From contig JAZDOG010000068.1 of assembly GCA_043798915.1 (NCBI GenBank), positions 498 through 64,497 of the forward strand: DNA of 64,000 bases, read 5' to 3'. Position 1 is the stretch's first letter. Every line of letters starts with the position of its first letter. The notes beneath the pieces are model-generated. The model was not told the origin of the DNA. It made no database searches and was given only the letters and a program-made list of their open reading frames with translations. The position numbers and the translations under genes are program-made. This stretch comes from Pseudomonadota bacterium. GTDB taxonomy: Bacteria > UBA10199 > 2-02-FULL-44-16 > JAAZCA01. Shown piece after piece: positions 8,508-18,778 of this stretch.

Positions 8508-8584
8508 AGAAGGGGACTCGATCAGGACGTACCTGCCATGATCCTCTGTCTTCCACCCGCTTTTGCCGTTATACTGGTGCCTCT

Positions 8585-8842
8585 TTTCCCTCTCCCCTCG
8601 TGCCTGCCCGCCGACGGTTCAGTGGCGGGGGAGAGGGTCAGGGTGAGGGGGAAGATCGCACGGATTCCAATATCCCCCTCCCTCCGACTCCCTCCCACAA
8701 GGAGGGTGTTTCCGAAGTGTCATTCCCGCATGATGTAAGCGGGAATCCCCATCAGAAGTTCATGGGGTTCCCGATTTAAGCACTCGGGAATGACAAAATA
8801 GAGGCCTACTGTTACTTCGGAAACACCCTCGCAAGGGGAGGG
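8585..8842. repeat. Composite or degenerate repeat complex related to the palindromic element family.
   Basis: Segment 8585-8687 has cctctcccctcg...cgggggagagggtcagggtgagggggaagatc, which resembles copy B. Segment 8690-8842 has the shape ccctcccacaaggaggg-[internal inverted repeat]-ccctcgcaaggggaggg. The internal inverted repeat reads gtgtttccgaagtgtcattcccg ... cgggaatgaca..acttcggaaacac. Confidence 0.6.
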
Positions 8843-8960
8843 AGAATTTCTAAAGGCACCATACTGAAATAGTTGCGAACCTAAAGTGCTATAAAGGGGT
8901 TGCTTAACCCTGTTTTCTCCGCTATTTTCCCCCGACTCGATAATTTCAAGGAGCCTTCAC

Positions 8961-10895
8961 ATGCCAATACAGAAGAAGGGACCCAGCGGTTTGAAAGGGG
9001 CCCACAAGACGGTTGCCCTCTGGCTCATGATCATCATCATGGTGATGCTCGTGATGCACCTCATGAACCAGCCTGTGCAGAAGGATGAGAAGGTCAATTT
9101 CTCCGACTTCCTCTCCGCCGTGTCCGCCAACGGGATCGAGTCGGTCAGCATCCAGGAGGATGAGTATCGCGGCAAGTTCAAGCCCGACTACAAAAACGGC
9201 GCGCGCTTCGAGACGATCGGCCCCGAGGGGAGCGAGAAGGCCCTGGAGAAGCTCGCGGCCACGGATGCCAAAGTCGAGTATCTGAAGAAGAAGGAGACGC
9301 CGTTCTGGCAGTCGATCCTGATTTCGTGGCTCCCCATGCTCCTGCTCTTCGGGTTTTTCTTCTTCTCCATGAGGCAGATCCAGGTTGGCGGCGGCAAGGC
9401 GATGAGCTTCGGGCGCAGCAAGGCCAAACTAATAGCCGACAGCCAGCGCAAGGTCACCTTCGCCGACGTCGCCGGCATCGAGGAGGCCAAGGACGAGCTG
9501 CGCGAGATCATCGCCTTTCTGCGCGAGCCCAAGAAATTCACGATGCTCGGCGGCCGGATCCCGAAGGGCGTGCTCCTCATGGGGCCCCCGGGATCGGGCA
9601 AGACGCTGCTGGCCCGCGCGGTCGCCGGCGAGGCTGGCGTTCCGTTCTTCTCGATCTCCGGCTCCGATTTCGTCGAGATGTTCGTGGGCGTAGGCGCCGC
9701 ACGCGTGCGCGACCTCTTCGAGCAGGGCAAGAAGAACGCCCCCTGCATCGTCTTCATAGACGAGATCGACGCCGTCGGCCGCCACCGCGGCGCCGGGCTG
9801 GGCGGCGGCCACGACGAGCGCGAGCAGACGCTCAATCAGCTGCTCGTCGAGATGGACGGCTTTGAATCCAATGAAGGCGTCATCATCATGGCGGCGACGA
9901 ACCGACCGGATGTCCTCGATCCGGCGCTTTTGCGCCCCGGCCGCTTCGACAGGCGCGTCGTGGTCCCGAAACCAGACGTCGCCGGGCGGGAGGCTATCCT
10001 CAAGGTCCATTCTACCAACAAGCCGCTCGCGGCCGACGTCATCCTGGGGGTGATCGCCCGCGGGACGCCCGGCTTTTCAGGCGCGGATCTCGAGAGCGTG
10101 GTCAACGAGGCTGCCTTGCTTGCGGCGCGCATCGGCAAAAAACTCATCGAGATGAGCGACTTCGAACTCGCCAAGGACAAGGTCCTCATGGGCTCGGAGC
10201 GCAAGAGCATGATCATCTCGGAGGATGAGAAGAAGAATACGGCGTTCCACGAGGCGGGGCACACGCTTGTAGCAAAACTCACGCCCGGAACGGATCCGAT
10301 CCACAAGGTGACGATCATCCCGCGCGGCATGGCATTGGGGCTTACGCAACAGCTCCCGACCGACGACCGCTATACCCAGAATCGCGTGTTTTGCGAGAAC
10401 TCGCTTTCGATACTCCTTGGCGGTCGCGCCGCTGAGGAGCTCATTTTTCAGCAGCCCACCACCGGCGCCGGCAATGACATCGAGCGGGCCAGCGAACTCG
10501 CGAGAAAAATGGTCTGCGAGTGGGGGATGAGCGACAAGCTTGGGCCGCTCTCGTTCGGCAAAAAAGGCCAGGAGATATTCCTGGGCCGTGAGATCTCGCA
10601 GCACGCGGACTACAGCGAGGACACTGCCCGCGAGATAGACTCCGAGATAAAGAGGTTCGTGATGGAGGGCTACGGGCGGGCCAAAAAGATACTGGCCGAC
10701 AACCGCGACACGCTCACGCGCCTCGCCGAGGCGCTTCTCGAGCACGAATCTCTCTCGAACGATCAGATAGAGAAGATCATGCGTGGCGAAGAACTTGGTC
10801 CGCGCGTGATCTCCGCCGACGAAGCGGCTATTTCGGCTGAGCGCGCGGCAAAAGCCCAGCCATCTTCCACGAAGACCGCGCTTGAAACTGCATGA
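8961..10895 (+). CDS. ftsH: ATP-dependent zinc metalloprotease FtsH.
   Basis: Present are N-terminal TMs, AAA Walker [24 protein letters not shown], the SRH and the HEAGH zinc motif (FHEAGHTL). Confidence 0.95.
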   Translation: MPIQKKGPSGLKGAHKTVALWLMIIIMVMLVMHLMNQPVQKDEKVNFSDFLSAVSANGIESVSIQEDEYRGKFKPDYKNGARFETIGPEGSEKALEKLAATDAKVEYLKKKETPFWQSILISWLPMLLLFGFFFFSMRQIQVGGGKAMSFGRSKAKLIADSQRKVTFADVAGIEEAKDELREIIAFLREPKKFTMLGGRIPKGVLLMGPPGSGKTLLARAVAGEAGVPFFSISGSDFVEMFVGVGAARVRDLFEQGKKNAPCIVFIDEIDAVGRHRGAGLGGGHDEREQTLNQLLVEMDGFESNEGVIIMAATNRPDVLDPALLRPGRFDRRVVVPKPDVAGREAILKVHSTNKPLAADVILGVIARGTPGFSGADLESVVNEAALLAARIGKKLIEMSDFELAKDKVLMGSERKSMIISEDEKKNTAFHEAGHTLVAKLTPGTDPIHKVTIIPRGMALGLTQQLPTDDRYTQNRVFCENSLSILLGGRAAEELIFQQPTTGAGNDIERASELARKMVCEWGMSDKLGPLSFGKKGQEIFLGREISQHADYSEDTAREIDSEIKRFVMEGYGRAKKILADNRDTLTRLAEALLEHESLSNDQIEKIMRGEELGPRVISADEAAISAERAAKAQPSSTKTALETA

Positions 10896-11719
10896 GGATC
10901 GGAAGCTATACCTTAAACAAGACCCGCCCTGCGTTGATGGGTATTGTCAACGCAACCCCTGATTCGTTCTCCGACGGTGGCTCATTTTCTGACGCCTCTG
11001 CTGCCATCGAACATGCCTTGAGGCTTGCGGGGGAGGGTGCGGACATCATCGACGTCGGCGGCGAGTCCACGCGCCCCGGCGCGTGGCCGGTTGCGGTGGA
11101 TGAGGAGCAGAGGCGCGCGATCCCGGTGATCGAGGGGATCAGGCGGTGGTCGAAGGTCCCGATCTCCATCGACACCACAAAATCTGCCGTGGCCTCGCGC
11201 GCGCTTCAAGCCGGCGCCGACATGATAAACGACATCAGCGCGGGAAGATTCGACCCGGAGATGCTCCCGCTGGCCGCAAAGGCCCGGGTGCCGATTTGTC
11301 TCATGCACATGCGGGGCGAGCCTCGGACGATGCAGATGGCGCCGCATTACGATAACCTGATGGACGAGATTCGCGCTTTTTTATCCGACGCGATCAGGAG
11401 GGCGATTGCGGCGGGTGTTGCGCGGGATAACATCATCGTTGACCCCGGCATAGGTTTCGGAAAGAGAGCCGAGGACAATCTGAATATCCTCAAAGATCTG
11501 CGTCAGCTCGAGGCCGTCGAAGTCCCCATCCTCATAGGCACATCAAGAAAATCCTTTATTGGTAAGATGCTAGGGTTAGAAGTTAATGAACGACTTGAAG
11601 CCACTCTTGCCACGCTCGCAGCCGCCGTGGATCAAGGCGCATCGATCCTCCGCGTCCATGACGTGGCCCCGGCCAGACGATTTCTGGATATGCATTTGCT
11701 GCTTCGTAAGGAGAATTAA
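10892..11719 (+). CDS. folP: Dihydropteroate synthase.
   Basis: Sequence shows [14 protein letters not shown] and the pterin-binding fold. Start overlaps ftsH stop (ATGA). Confidence 0.9.
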   Translation: MRIGSYTLNKTRPALMGIVNATPDSFSDGGSFSDASAAIEHALRLAGEGADIIDVGGESTRPGAWPVAVDEEQRRAIPVIEGIRRWSKVPISIDTTKSAVASRALQAGADMINDISAGRFDPEMLPLAAKARVPICLMHMRGEPRTMQMAPHYDNLMDEIRAFLSDAIRRAIAAGVARDNIIVDPGIGFGKRAEDNLNILKDLRQLEAVEVPILIGTSRKSFIGKMLGLEVNERLEATLATLAAAVDQGASILRVHDVAPARRFLDMHLLLRKEN

Positions 11720-11720
11720 T

Positions 11721-12674
11721 ATGCCTGAGGTTGGGAACACACCGCTAATTGAAGTCGATGGCATCTATGCGAAGCTTGAATGCGTGAACCCGTGCGGAAG
11801 CATCAAGGACCGCATCGACAAATACATAATAGAAAAGAGCGAGGAGAATGGTGATTTAAAGCCCGACATGACGCTCGTCGAGGCGACGAGCGGAAACACC
11901 GGCGTGGCGCTGAGCTTTTACGGACGCGAGAAGGGGTATGATGTCACGATTATAATGCCGGAAAATATGACGCGCGAACGCAAAGAGCTGATCACGCGCC
12001 TCGGTGCAAAATTGATCCTGTGTTCCGCCAAGGGAGGTTCTGCTGAGGCGTGCGCGATCAGGGATGAGTTTTTAAAAAAGCCAGGTTACTTCTCCACCAA
12101 TCAGTTTGCGAATGTGTTGAACGCGGAGTGTCACTATAAGACTACCGGCCAGGAAATCATCGGACAGATAAAAGGATATTCCGAAACGATCGATGTCTTT
12201 GTTGCGGCGGTTGGAACCGGGGGCACCTTGATCGGTGTGGCCAGGGCGCTGAAAGAAGCCTATCCCGCCGTCAAAATCATCGCCGTCGAACCGGCCGAAT
12301 CTGCGGTATTGAGCGGAGGGAAGCCAGGGCCACATTCAATCCAGGGTATCGGCGTCGGCTTTATTCCGGATCTGGTAAAGGGCGAGGACGGCAAACTCAA
12401 CAAAATCATCGATGAAATAAAGACCGTCACGAGCGAACAGGCCAAAGAAAGCGCCTTTCAAATAGAAAAAATATCCGGATGTTGTGTAGGCGTCTCTTCA
12501 GGCGCCAATTTCTTCATCGCAAAAGAGATGGCCAAGGGTCATAAGGCCGTCGTGACCGTTTTCCCCGACGGCTATGAAAAATACAAATCGGAAGGCTTGA
12601 AACACTGCAAAAAAGGACGCTGCAAATACGAGCACCTGAGGGATGATGTGTTGAAAGATATCAAGAGCGCCTAG
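11721..12674 (+). CDS. cysK: Cysteine synthase (PLP-dependent, CysK/CysM family).
   Basis: Sequence shows GNTPLIEV...NPCGSIKDRI (PLP lysine)...TSGNTGVALS. An AGGAG RBS precedes the ATG at 11721. The track ORF starting at 11586 is an upstream extension. Confidence 0.8.
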   Translation: MPEVGNTPLIEVDGIYAKLECVNPCGSIKDRIDKYIIEKSEENGDLKPDMTLVEATSGNTGVALSFYGREKGYDVTIIMPENMTRERKELITRLGAKLILCSAKGGSAEACAIRDEFLKKPGYFSTNQFANVLNAECHYKTTGQEIIGQIKGYSETIDVFVAAVGTGGTLIGVARALKEAYPAVKIIAVEPAESAVLSGGKPGPHSIQGIGVGFIPDLVKGEDGKLNKIIDEIKTVTSEQAKESAFQIEKISGCCVGVSSGANFFIAKEMAKGHKAVVTVFPDGYEKYKSEGLKHCKKGRCKYEHLRDDVLKDIKSA

Positions 12675-12765
12675 ACCGACCCCTCGCGATTATGTCTTAT
12701 TCCCTTGATATCTCTGCTGATTTTATATACAAATCCGCCCCTGCGGTTGAAGGGGGGGGAGTGCA

Positions 12766-14142
12766 ATGACGGAGACACGCAAAGGGATATTCGGAACCGA
12801 TGGCGTTCGGGGGCGGGCGAATGAGAATCCGATGGATTCCGACACGGCCCTGGCCCTCGGGCGGGCGGTGGCGGCTATCTTCAAGAACGGTTCTCACCGG
12901 CACCGCATCGTCGTCGGCAAGGACACCCGGCTCTCAGGCTACATGATCGAGACGGCGCTGGCCTCCGGGATCTGTTCAATGGGCGCGGATGTGATGCTCG
13001 TTGGTCCGCTCCCCACGCCGGGGATCGCCTTCATCGCCAAGAGCATGCGCGCCGACGCCGGCGTAGTGATTTCGGCGTCGCATAACCACTTCGACGACAA
13101 CGGAATCAAATTCTTCGACAAGGATGGCTTCAAGCTCCACGATTCGCTGGAATCGAGGATGGAGGAACTTGTTTCCTCGGGCCTCAAAGGGGTCCCCCGT
13201 CCGACGGGCGCCGCGATCGGCCGCGCCCAGAGGATCGAAGACGCCGACGGCCGCTACATCCAGTTCCTGAAAGGGACCTTTCCCAACGAACTGACGCTCG
13301 ACGGCTTGAGACTCGTTGTCGACTGCGCCAACGGGGCCGGCTATCGCGTTGCGCCAGCCGTCTTCCAGGAGCTGGGCGCAGAGGTCATCGAGCTCGGGAC
13401 GCATCCCGATGGCATCAACATCAACGATGGCGTTGGCTCGCTTCATCCGGGAAGGATGTGCGAGCTGGTGCGGAAGGTGCACGCCAATGCCGGCATCGCG
13501 CTGGACGGTGACGCCGACCGCGTCATCATGTGCGACGAGAAGGGGAACGTGGTCGATGGCGATGTGATCCTTGCGCTCGCTGCCGACGACATGAACCGCC
13601 GCGGAGCGCTCGCAAAGAGCACCCTTGTGGCCACGGTGATGAGCAACCTGGCCCTGGACAGGGCGATGAGAGAGAGGGGCATCGAGGTCGTGCGCAGCAA
13701 GGTGGGCGACCGCTACGTCATCTCCGCCATGCGCGAGGGAGGTTACAACCTCGGCGGCGAGCAGTCAGGGCACATAATATTTCTCGATCAGAACACGACC
13801 GGCGACGGCATAGTGGGTGCGCTCGAAGTCCTCTCCTGCATGTGCAGAGACGGGCGGCCGCTCTCTGAGCTGGCAAATATTTTTGAGCCGTATCCGCAGG
13901 TTTGCCTCAATGTGCGCGTGACGCGAAGGCGCGAGTTCACCGCCATTCCTGAGATCGCCAGAACCGTCGAAAATTTCCGGTCGGAACTTGGGCCAGACGG
14001 TCGCCTGCTGCTGCGTTTCTCCGGCACCGAGAACATCGCGCGGGTGCTGGTGGAGGGCTCGGACGGAGGGCGCATCCGCATCATGGCCAACGACCTCGCC
14101 GGCCTTATCGTAACTCATCTCGGCGCACCGCCGGTGATGTGA
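12766..14142 (+). CDS. glmM: Phosphoglucosamine mutase.
   Basis: Sequence shows [10 protein letters not shown]...[15 protein letters not shown] (the active-site Ser). The ftsH-folP-glmM order matches E. coli. Confidence 0.9.
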   Translation: MTETRKGIFGTDGVRGRANENPMDSDTALALGRAVAAIFKNGSHRHRIVVGKDTRLSGYMIETALASGICSMGADVMLVGPLPTPGIAFIAKSMRADAGVVISASHNHFDDNGIKFFDKDGFKLHDSLESRMEELVSSGLKGVPRPTGAAIGRAQRIEDADGRYIQFLKGTFPNELTLDGLRLVVDCANGAGYRVAPAVFQELGAEVIELGTHPDGININDGVGSLHPGRMCELVRKVHANAGIALDGDADRVIMCDEKGNVVDGDVILALAADDMNRRGALAKSTLVATVMSNLALDRAMRERGIEVVRSKVGDRYVISAMREGGYNLGGEQSGHIIFLDQNTTGDGIVGALEVLSCMCRDGRPLSELANIFEPYPQVCLNVRVTRRREFTAIPEIARTVENFRSELGPDGRLLLRFSGTENIARVLVEGSDGGRIRIMANDLAGLIVTHLGAPPVM

Positions 14143-14167
14143 ATCAGCACCTGCGTGCCTTTTTGAA

Positions 14168-14890
14168 ATGATCCTCCTCGGAGTAAATGTAGATCACGTC
14201 GCCACAATCCGCCAGGCCCGGGGGACGACCTACCCGGATGCCATCGAGGCGGCCCGCGCCGCCGTGCGCGGCGGGGCAGACCAGATCACGATCCACCTGC
14301 GCGAGGACAGGCGGCACATCCAGGACCGCGACTTGGAGCGCATGCTGGCGGAGATCGAAAAACCGCTCAATCTCGAGATGGCCGCGGCGGAGGAGATAGT
14401 CGACATCGCCTGCAGGATGAGGCCGGCGACTGCCACCCTGGTGCCCGAGCGTCGCCATGAGCTGACGACGGAGGACGGGCTCGACGTCCTCTCCGGAATA
14501 AATGCGCTTCGCCCGGTGGTCGCGAGGCTCCTCGATGCCGGGATCGCCGTCAGCATGTTCATCGACCCTGAGAGGGAACAGATCGAGGCCAGCATGGAGC
14601 TCGGCGCGCGGGCGGTGGAACTGCACACCGGCGCATTCTGCGATGCTTCGGGAGACGAGCGCGCTGCCAGAGAGCTCGAGCGCTTGAAAATCGCCTCCCG
14701 CTTCGGCGCGAAGAGCGGGATAAAGCTCTGCGCCGGCCATGGGATCAACTATTCGAACGCAGCGCGCATTGCGGGTGCGCTGCCGGACGTCGTGGAGTAC
14801 AACATAGGCCACTCGATCATCGCGCGCTCGATCTTCGTCGGGATGGAGAAGGCGGTCGCGGAGATGAAAGAGCTCCTGGAGGCAAAATGA
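14168..14890 (+). CDS. pdxJ: Pyridoxine 5'-phosphate synthase.
   Basis: Sequence shows MILLGVNVDHVATIRQARGT...HLREDRRHI, the PdxJ signature. Confidence 0.9.
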   Translation: MILLGVNVDHVATIRQARGTTYPDAIEAARAAVRGGADQITIHLREDRRHIQDRDLERMLAEIEKPLNLEMAAAEEIVDIACRMRPATATLVPERRHELTTEDGLDVLSGINALRPVVARLLDAGIAVSMFIDPEREQIEASMELGARAVELHTGAFCDASGDERAARELERLKIASRFGAKSGIKLCAGHGINYSNAARIAGALPDVVEYNIGHSIIARSIFVGMEKAVAEMKELLEAK

Positions 14891-15261
14891 TCATTGGAAT
14901 TGGCGTAGATCTCGTGGATGTGAAGAGGTTCGAGACCATAATCTTTCGCTGGCAGCACAGGTTCTTGAAGCGCGTATTCACCGATACGGAGATACGCTAC
15001 TGCAACACGAAGAAACACCCGGCGCAGCGCTTCGCCACGAGGTTTGCCGCCAAGGAGGCGTTCATCAAGGCGCTCGTCCCCAGGGAGCAGGAGGGGGTGC
15101 GCTATTCCGACATCGAGATCGGCGAGCGCGATCAGAGGCCCGTCATCAACCTCTCGGGCAAAATCGATGAGCTGGCCAGGAAACAAAAGATAAAGCACAT
15201 CCATCTCATGCTCTCGCATGATGGAGACTATGGAATAGCGAACGTTGTGCTCGAGGGTTAA
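14887..15261 (+). CDS. acpS: Holo-ACP synthase.
   Basis: Sequence shows MIIGIGVDLVDVKRFE. The 124-aa gene overlaps the pdxJ stop. Confidence 0.85.
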   Translation: MIIGIGVDLVDVKRFETIIFRWQHRFLKRVFTDTEIRYCNTKKHPAQRFATRFAAKEAFIKALVPREQEGVRYSDIEIGERDQRPVINLSGKIDELARKQKIKHIHLMLSHDGDYGIANVVLEG

Positions 15262-15283
15262 AACCTATCCAGCCAGATTTAAT

Positions 15284-16834
15284 ATGAAACTTGTGACTTC
15301 AAAACAAATGCGCGGGCTCGATCGCGCCGCCATTGAAAAGCATGGGATCGCCTCGCTCGATCTCATGGAGCGCGCGGGCCGGGGCGTGGCGAAAGCTGTA
15401 GCCAGCCTCACGCCGCCGGAGAAAGGGACGGTCGCTATCATCGCCGGCCGCGGCAACAACGGCGGCGACGGGCTCGTTGCAGCGCGACATCTGATCTCGA
15501 TGGGATACGAAGTCGCCGTTTGGCTTCTGGCGGGGCCCTCCGACCTCTCGCCGGACGCCCGCGCGAACTGGGAGTTGCTCGCCCCGCTCACGACGCATCT
15601 GTTCACAATCGCGGATATCGCCGAATTCAATTCCAGATTGCCCCTCATCGAGCGATCGTGCCTGATCGTCGATGCGATCCTCGGCACCGGTCTCGACCGC
15701 GACGTCGCAGGGCTTCCTGCGGCCGCTATCGCAGCGATCAACGCCGCCGGCATTCCGGTCGTGTCGGTCGATATTCCGTCCGGGCTTTCGGCGGATACCG
15801 GAAAACCGCTTGGCGCCGCAGTCCGCGCCGCTGCGACGGTGACCTTCGGCCTGCCGAAGATGGGCCTTGTGGTCGGCGATGGGCCTGTTTTTTCGGGCTC
15901 AATCAAAGTCGTGGATATCGGGATACCGGGTGAGGAGACTGATCGCGTCGAATCTCTGATCGAGCTGATCGAGCCTTCGATGTTCGCGTCCCATTTCGGA
16001 AAGCGCGATCCCTCCGCGCACAAGGGGGCGTTCGGACACGTCGTGGTCTACTCAGGATCGCTGGGGCATCTTGGCGCGGGATATCTCGGGTGCCTGGCGG
16101 CGCTGCGCGCTGGATGCGGGCTCGTCACGTATTGCCTGCCGGAGAAGGCGTTCGTCCGGTTCGATGCGCGCTATCCGGAGGTTATGTGCGATCCGATTGC
16201 GGATGATGCCTCGGCGCATTTTCACCCCAAGGGTCTCGATGCCGCGCTTCGCGTTGCCGATGGAAAGTCGGTTGCGGCGATCGGCCCGGCGATCGGCACA
16301 GAAAAGTCGACGCGCGAATTTGTGAATTCATTCATCGGCAGGATTAAAATTCCGCTCGTCATAGATGCGGATGGACTCAACGTGCTCGATCTCTCTTCCC
16401 TCAGGGGACGCCGCGCGGCCACGATCCTCACCCCGCACCCCGGCGAGATGGGGAGGCTGTCAAAGGCCGCAACTGAGGATGTTCAGGCCGACAGAGTGGG
16501 GCACGCCACCCGTTTCGCAAAGGAACACGGCGTGACGCTCGTCCTCAAGGGGCGCGGGACTGTCGTCGCGAGCCCCGACGGGAGCGCCGCAATAAATCAT
16601 ACGGGCAATGCCGGGATGGCGACGGCTGGGATGGGGGACGCCCTCACTGGCATCGTTGCATCGTTTATCGCGCAGGGGATGGATGTGAAGACGGCCTGTG
16701 TCGCCGCCGTCTACATCCACGGCCTGGCCGGCGACATGGCCGCCGCCGAACACGGCGAGCGCGCGCTGATCACCTCGGATGTGATAGGCAAGCTGGGAAA
16801 GGCGATGAAAAAGATTTCCCCCTCCCCTTTGTAA
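15284..16834 (+). CDS. nnr: Bifunctional NAD(P)H-hydrate repair enzyme Nnr (YjeF_N epimerase plus C-terminal dehydratase).
   Basis: Present are the N-domain IAGRGNNGGDG and the C-domain carbohydrate-kinase fold. The last 6 codons and the TAA stop are supplied by repeat copy B. Confidence 0.85.
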   Translation: MKLVTSKQMRGLDRAAIEKHGIASLDLMERAGRGVAKAVASLTPPEKGTVAIIAGRGNNGGDGLVAARHLISMGYEVAVWLLAGPSDLSPDARANWELLAPLTTHLFTIADIAEFNSRLPLIERSCLIVDAILGTGLDRDVAGLPAAAIAAINAAGIPVVSVDIPSGLSADTGKPLGAAVRAAATVTFGLPKMGLVVGDGPVFSGSIKVVDIGIPGEETDRVESLIELIEPSMFASHFGKRDPSAHKGAFGHVVVYSGSLGHLGAGYLGCLAALRAGCGLVTYCLPEKAFVRFDARYPEVMCDPIADDASAHFHPKGLDAALRVADGKSVAAIGPAIGTEKSTREFVNSFIGRIKIPLVIDADGLNVLDLSSLRGRRAATILTPHPGEMGRLSKAATEDVQADRVGHATRFAKEHGVTLVLKGRGTVVASPDGSAAINHTGNAGMATAGMGDALTGIVASFIAQGMDVKTACVAAVYIHGLAGDMAAAEHGERALITSDVIGKLGKAMKKISPSPL

Positions 16835-16910
16835 GGGGAGGGTCAGGGTGGGGTAGATAGCTGATTCAGTGCTGATCTACCTCCCCCAGCCCCTCCTTAC
16901 AAAGGAGGGG
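16817..16910. repeat. Palindromic repeat element, copy B. It overlaps the 3' end of nnr and the RBS/start region of tsaE.
   Basis: Read directly: cccctcccctttgtaaggggagggtcagggtggggtagatagctgattcagtgctgatctacctcccccagcccctccttacaaaggaggggag. Confidence 0.8.
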
Positions 16911-16933
16911 AGTTGTGCAATCATCGATATAAC

Positions 16934-17353
16934 ATGGAATACACGACAAAATCTCCTGAAGAAACTTTTGAGCTGGCGCGAAAATTTGCAAAGCGCTTGA
17001 AGGCGGACGCCATCCTCGCCCTCACCGGAGAACTCGGCGCCGGAAAGACGAAGTTCGTGCAGGGGCTAGCGGCCGGCCTCGGCGTCCCCAAAAGCATATA
17101 TGTCCGCTCGCCGTCGTTCACGCTCATGAACGAATACGACGGGGGACGCCTGCCGCTCTATCATTTCGATTTTTATCGCCTGAACGAGCCCTCCGAGCTT
17201 GAGGATCTGGGGCTCGAGGAGTACTTCGAAGGCGGGGGCTTGAGCGTGGTCGAATGGGCAGACCGCTTTCCCGGCGCGCTGCCCCGTGACACGGTGCATA
17301 TTGAGTTCAGGATTGTGGATGATGATACAAGGGAGATTGAATTTGCAGGTTAG
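16934..17353 (+). CDS. tsaE: tRNA t6A biosynthesis protein TsaE (YjeE P-loop ATPase).
   Basis: Sequence shows ALTGELGAGKTKFVQGLA. The nnr-tsaE adjacency is conserved. An alternative GTG start lies at 16913. Confidence 0.8.
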   Translation: MEYTTKSPEETFELARKFAKRLKADAILALTGELGAGKTKFVQGLAAGLGVPKSIYVRSPSFTLMNEYDGGRLPLYHFDFYRLNEPSELEDLGLEEYFEGGGLSVVEWADRFPGALPRDTVHIEFRIVDDDTREIEFAG

Positions 17354-17364
17354 GAGGAATTTAA

Positions 17365-18771
17365 ATGGCATATGACCTCGCAATCATCGGCGCAGGGCCA
17401 GGAGGCTACGTCGCAGCCATAAGGGCGGCGCAGCTCGGCAAAAAAGTTGCGCTCATCGAGCGCGACCGCGTGGGCGGCGTCTGCTTGAATCGCGGCTGCA
17501 TACCGACGAAGGCGATGATTTCCTCTGCGCATGCGCTGCACGCCGTCAGGTCGGCCGCGGATTTTGGAATCGATCTGCCGGCGGGTGAAGCGACGGTCGA
17601 TATGGCGAAGATCGCCGCCCGCCGCGACAGGATAGTCGCGCAGTTGAGAGGCGGTGTAGCGGCGCTCCTCAAGGGAAACGGGGTCGAGCTGATTTCCGGC
17701 ACGGCCTCTTTCGTTTCAAAAGGAATCCTCGATGTGAATGGAAATGAAATCGAGGCCGGCAAAATACTCATCGCCACCGGTTCCTCTTGGATGGAACTTC
17801 CCGACCTCAAGATCGACGGCCGCCGCATAGTCACGACCGACGAGGCGCTTGGCTGGACGAGCGTTCCGCCGCGCCTCCTGATCGTAGGCGGCGGTGTCAT
17901 CGGATGTGAATTCGCGTGCATGATGCAGACCTTCGGTTCGAAGGTGACGATCGTCGAGGCGACCCCGTCGATCCTCCCGTTCGTTGAGAAGGCGATCTCG
18001 CGCCTGCTCGACCGCTCGATGAAGGGGCGAGGAATCGAGATCCTCACATCCACGATGGTCAAAGGCGCGGTGGTCCAGGGCAACGAAGTGAAGATTTCTC
18101 TCTCCTCCGGTGAAGAGAGGCTGGCGGATTGCGTGCTCGTCGGGGTCGGCAGAAGGCCCTTCACGGAGGGCTTGGAGTTAGAACGCGCGGGGGTCCTGCT
18201 CACGGAGCGCGGATTCATAAAGGTCGATGAAAATTTCCAGACGAGCGCCGAAGGGGTGTTTGCAATCGGCGACGTGATAGGGGCTCCGATGCTCGCGCAC
18301 GCCGCGAGCGCTGAAGGCATTGCTGCGGTGGAAAGGATGTTTTCGGGACTCGGTACTCGGGACTCGGTACTCGGATACAATCCTTTGTACTGTCCATCGC
18401 CAATATTCACCATGCCCGAAATTGCCTGTGTCGGGCAAACGTCGGAGGGACTGGAACAGAAGGGCATCAAATTCAAGACGGGCAGGTTCGCATATGCGGC
18501 AAACGGCAAGGCCCTCTGCGACGGCGACACGGAGGGGCAGGCCATAGTCCATTCAGATGCAGATGGAAAAATACTCGGCGTTCATGTAACAGGTCACGAT
18601 GCGACGCTCCTCATGGCGGAGGCCGTCCTTGCGATGAGAAAAGGCCTCGCCGCAAAGGATTTCGCCTCGTCGATCCACTCGCATCCGACGCTCTCGGAGG
18701 TTGTCGCGGAGGCAGCGGAGGATGTGGATGGCAGGGCGATACACAAGGCGCCGGCGCGCAGAAAGGAATAG
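17365..18771 (+). CDS. lpdA: Dihydrolipoyl dehydrogenase.
   Basis: Sequence shows [17 protein letters not shown] and the redox disulfide [13 protein letters not shown]. Length is 468 aa. Confidence 0.9.
   Translation: MAYDLAIIGAGPGGYVAAIRAAQLGKKVALIERDRVGGVCLNRGCIPTKAMISSAHALHAVRSAADFGIDLPAGEATVDMAKIAARRDRIVAQLRGGVAALLKGNGVELISGTASFVSKGILDVNGNEIEAGKILIATGSSWMELPDLKIDGRRIVTTDEALGWTSVPPRLLIVGGGVIGCEFACMMQTFGSKVTIVEATPSILPFVEKAISRLLDRSMKGRGIEILTSTMVKGAVVQGNEVKISLSSGEERLADCVLVGVGRRPFTEGLELERAGVLLTERGFIKVDENFQTSAEGVFAIGDVIGAPMLAHAASAEGIAAVERMFSGLGTRDSVLGYNPLYCPSPIFTMPEIACVGQTSEGLEQKGIKFKTGRFAYAANGKALCDGDTEGQAIVHSDADGKILGVHVTGHDATLLMAEAVLAMRKGLAAKDFASSIHSHPTLSEVVAEAAEDVDGRAIHKAPARRKE
18345..18375. 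repeat. Tandem heptamer micro-repeat (ACTCGGN x4, the reverse complement of the miaB CCGAGT repeat) in frame inside lpdA.
   Basis: Read directly: gggactcggtactc gggactcggtactc gg. It encodes an extra [10 protein letters not shown]-like segment relative to typical LpdA. Confidence 0.5.
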
Positions 18772-18778
18772 GCTTGCG

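Noticed and set aside
8088-8779. Plus-strand ORFs of 216 aa and 104 aa spanning the repeat complex.
   Set aside because: They read through hairpin repeats, producing low-complexity Pro/Arg-rich peptides. They overlap the better-supported minus-strand ORF and have no domains.
11586-11720. The 5' extension of the cysteine synthase ORF into the end of folP.
   Set aside because: The conserved CysK N-terminus begins at the ATG at 11721 with an AGGAG RBS. The extension translates into non-conserved sequence overlapping folP.
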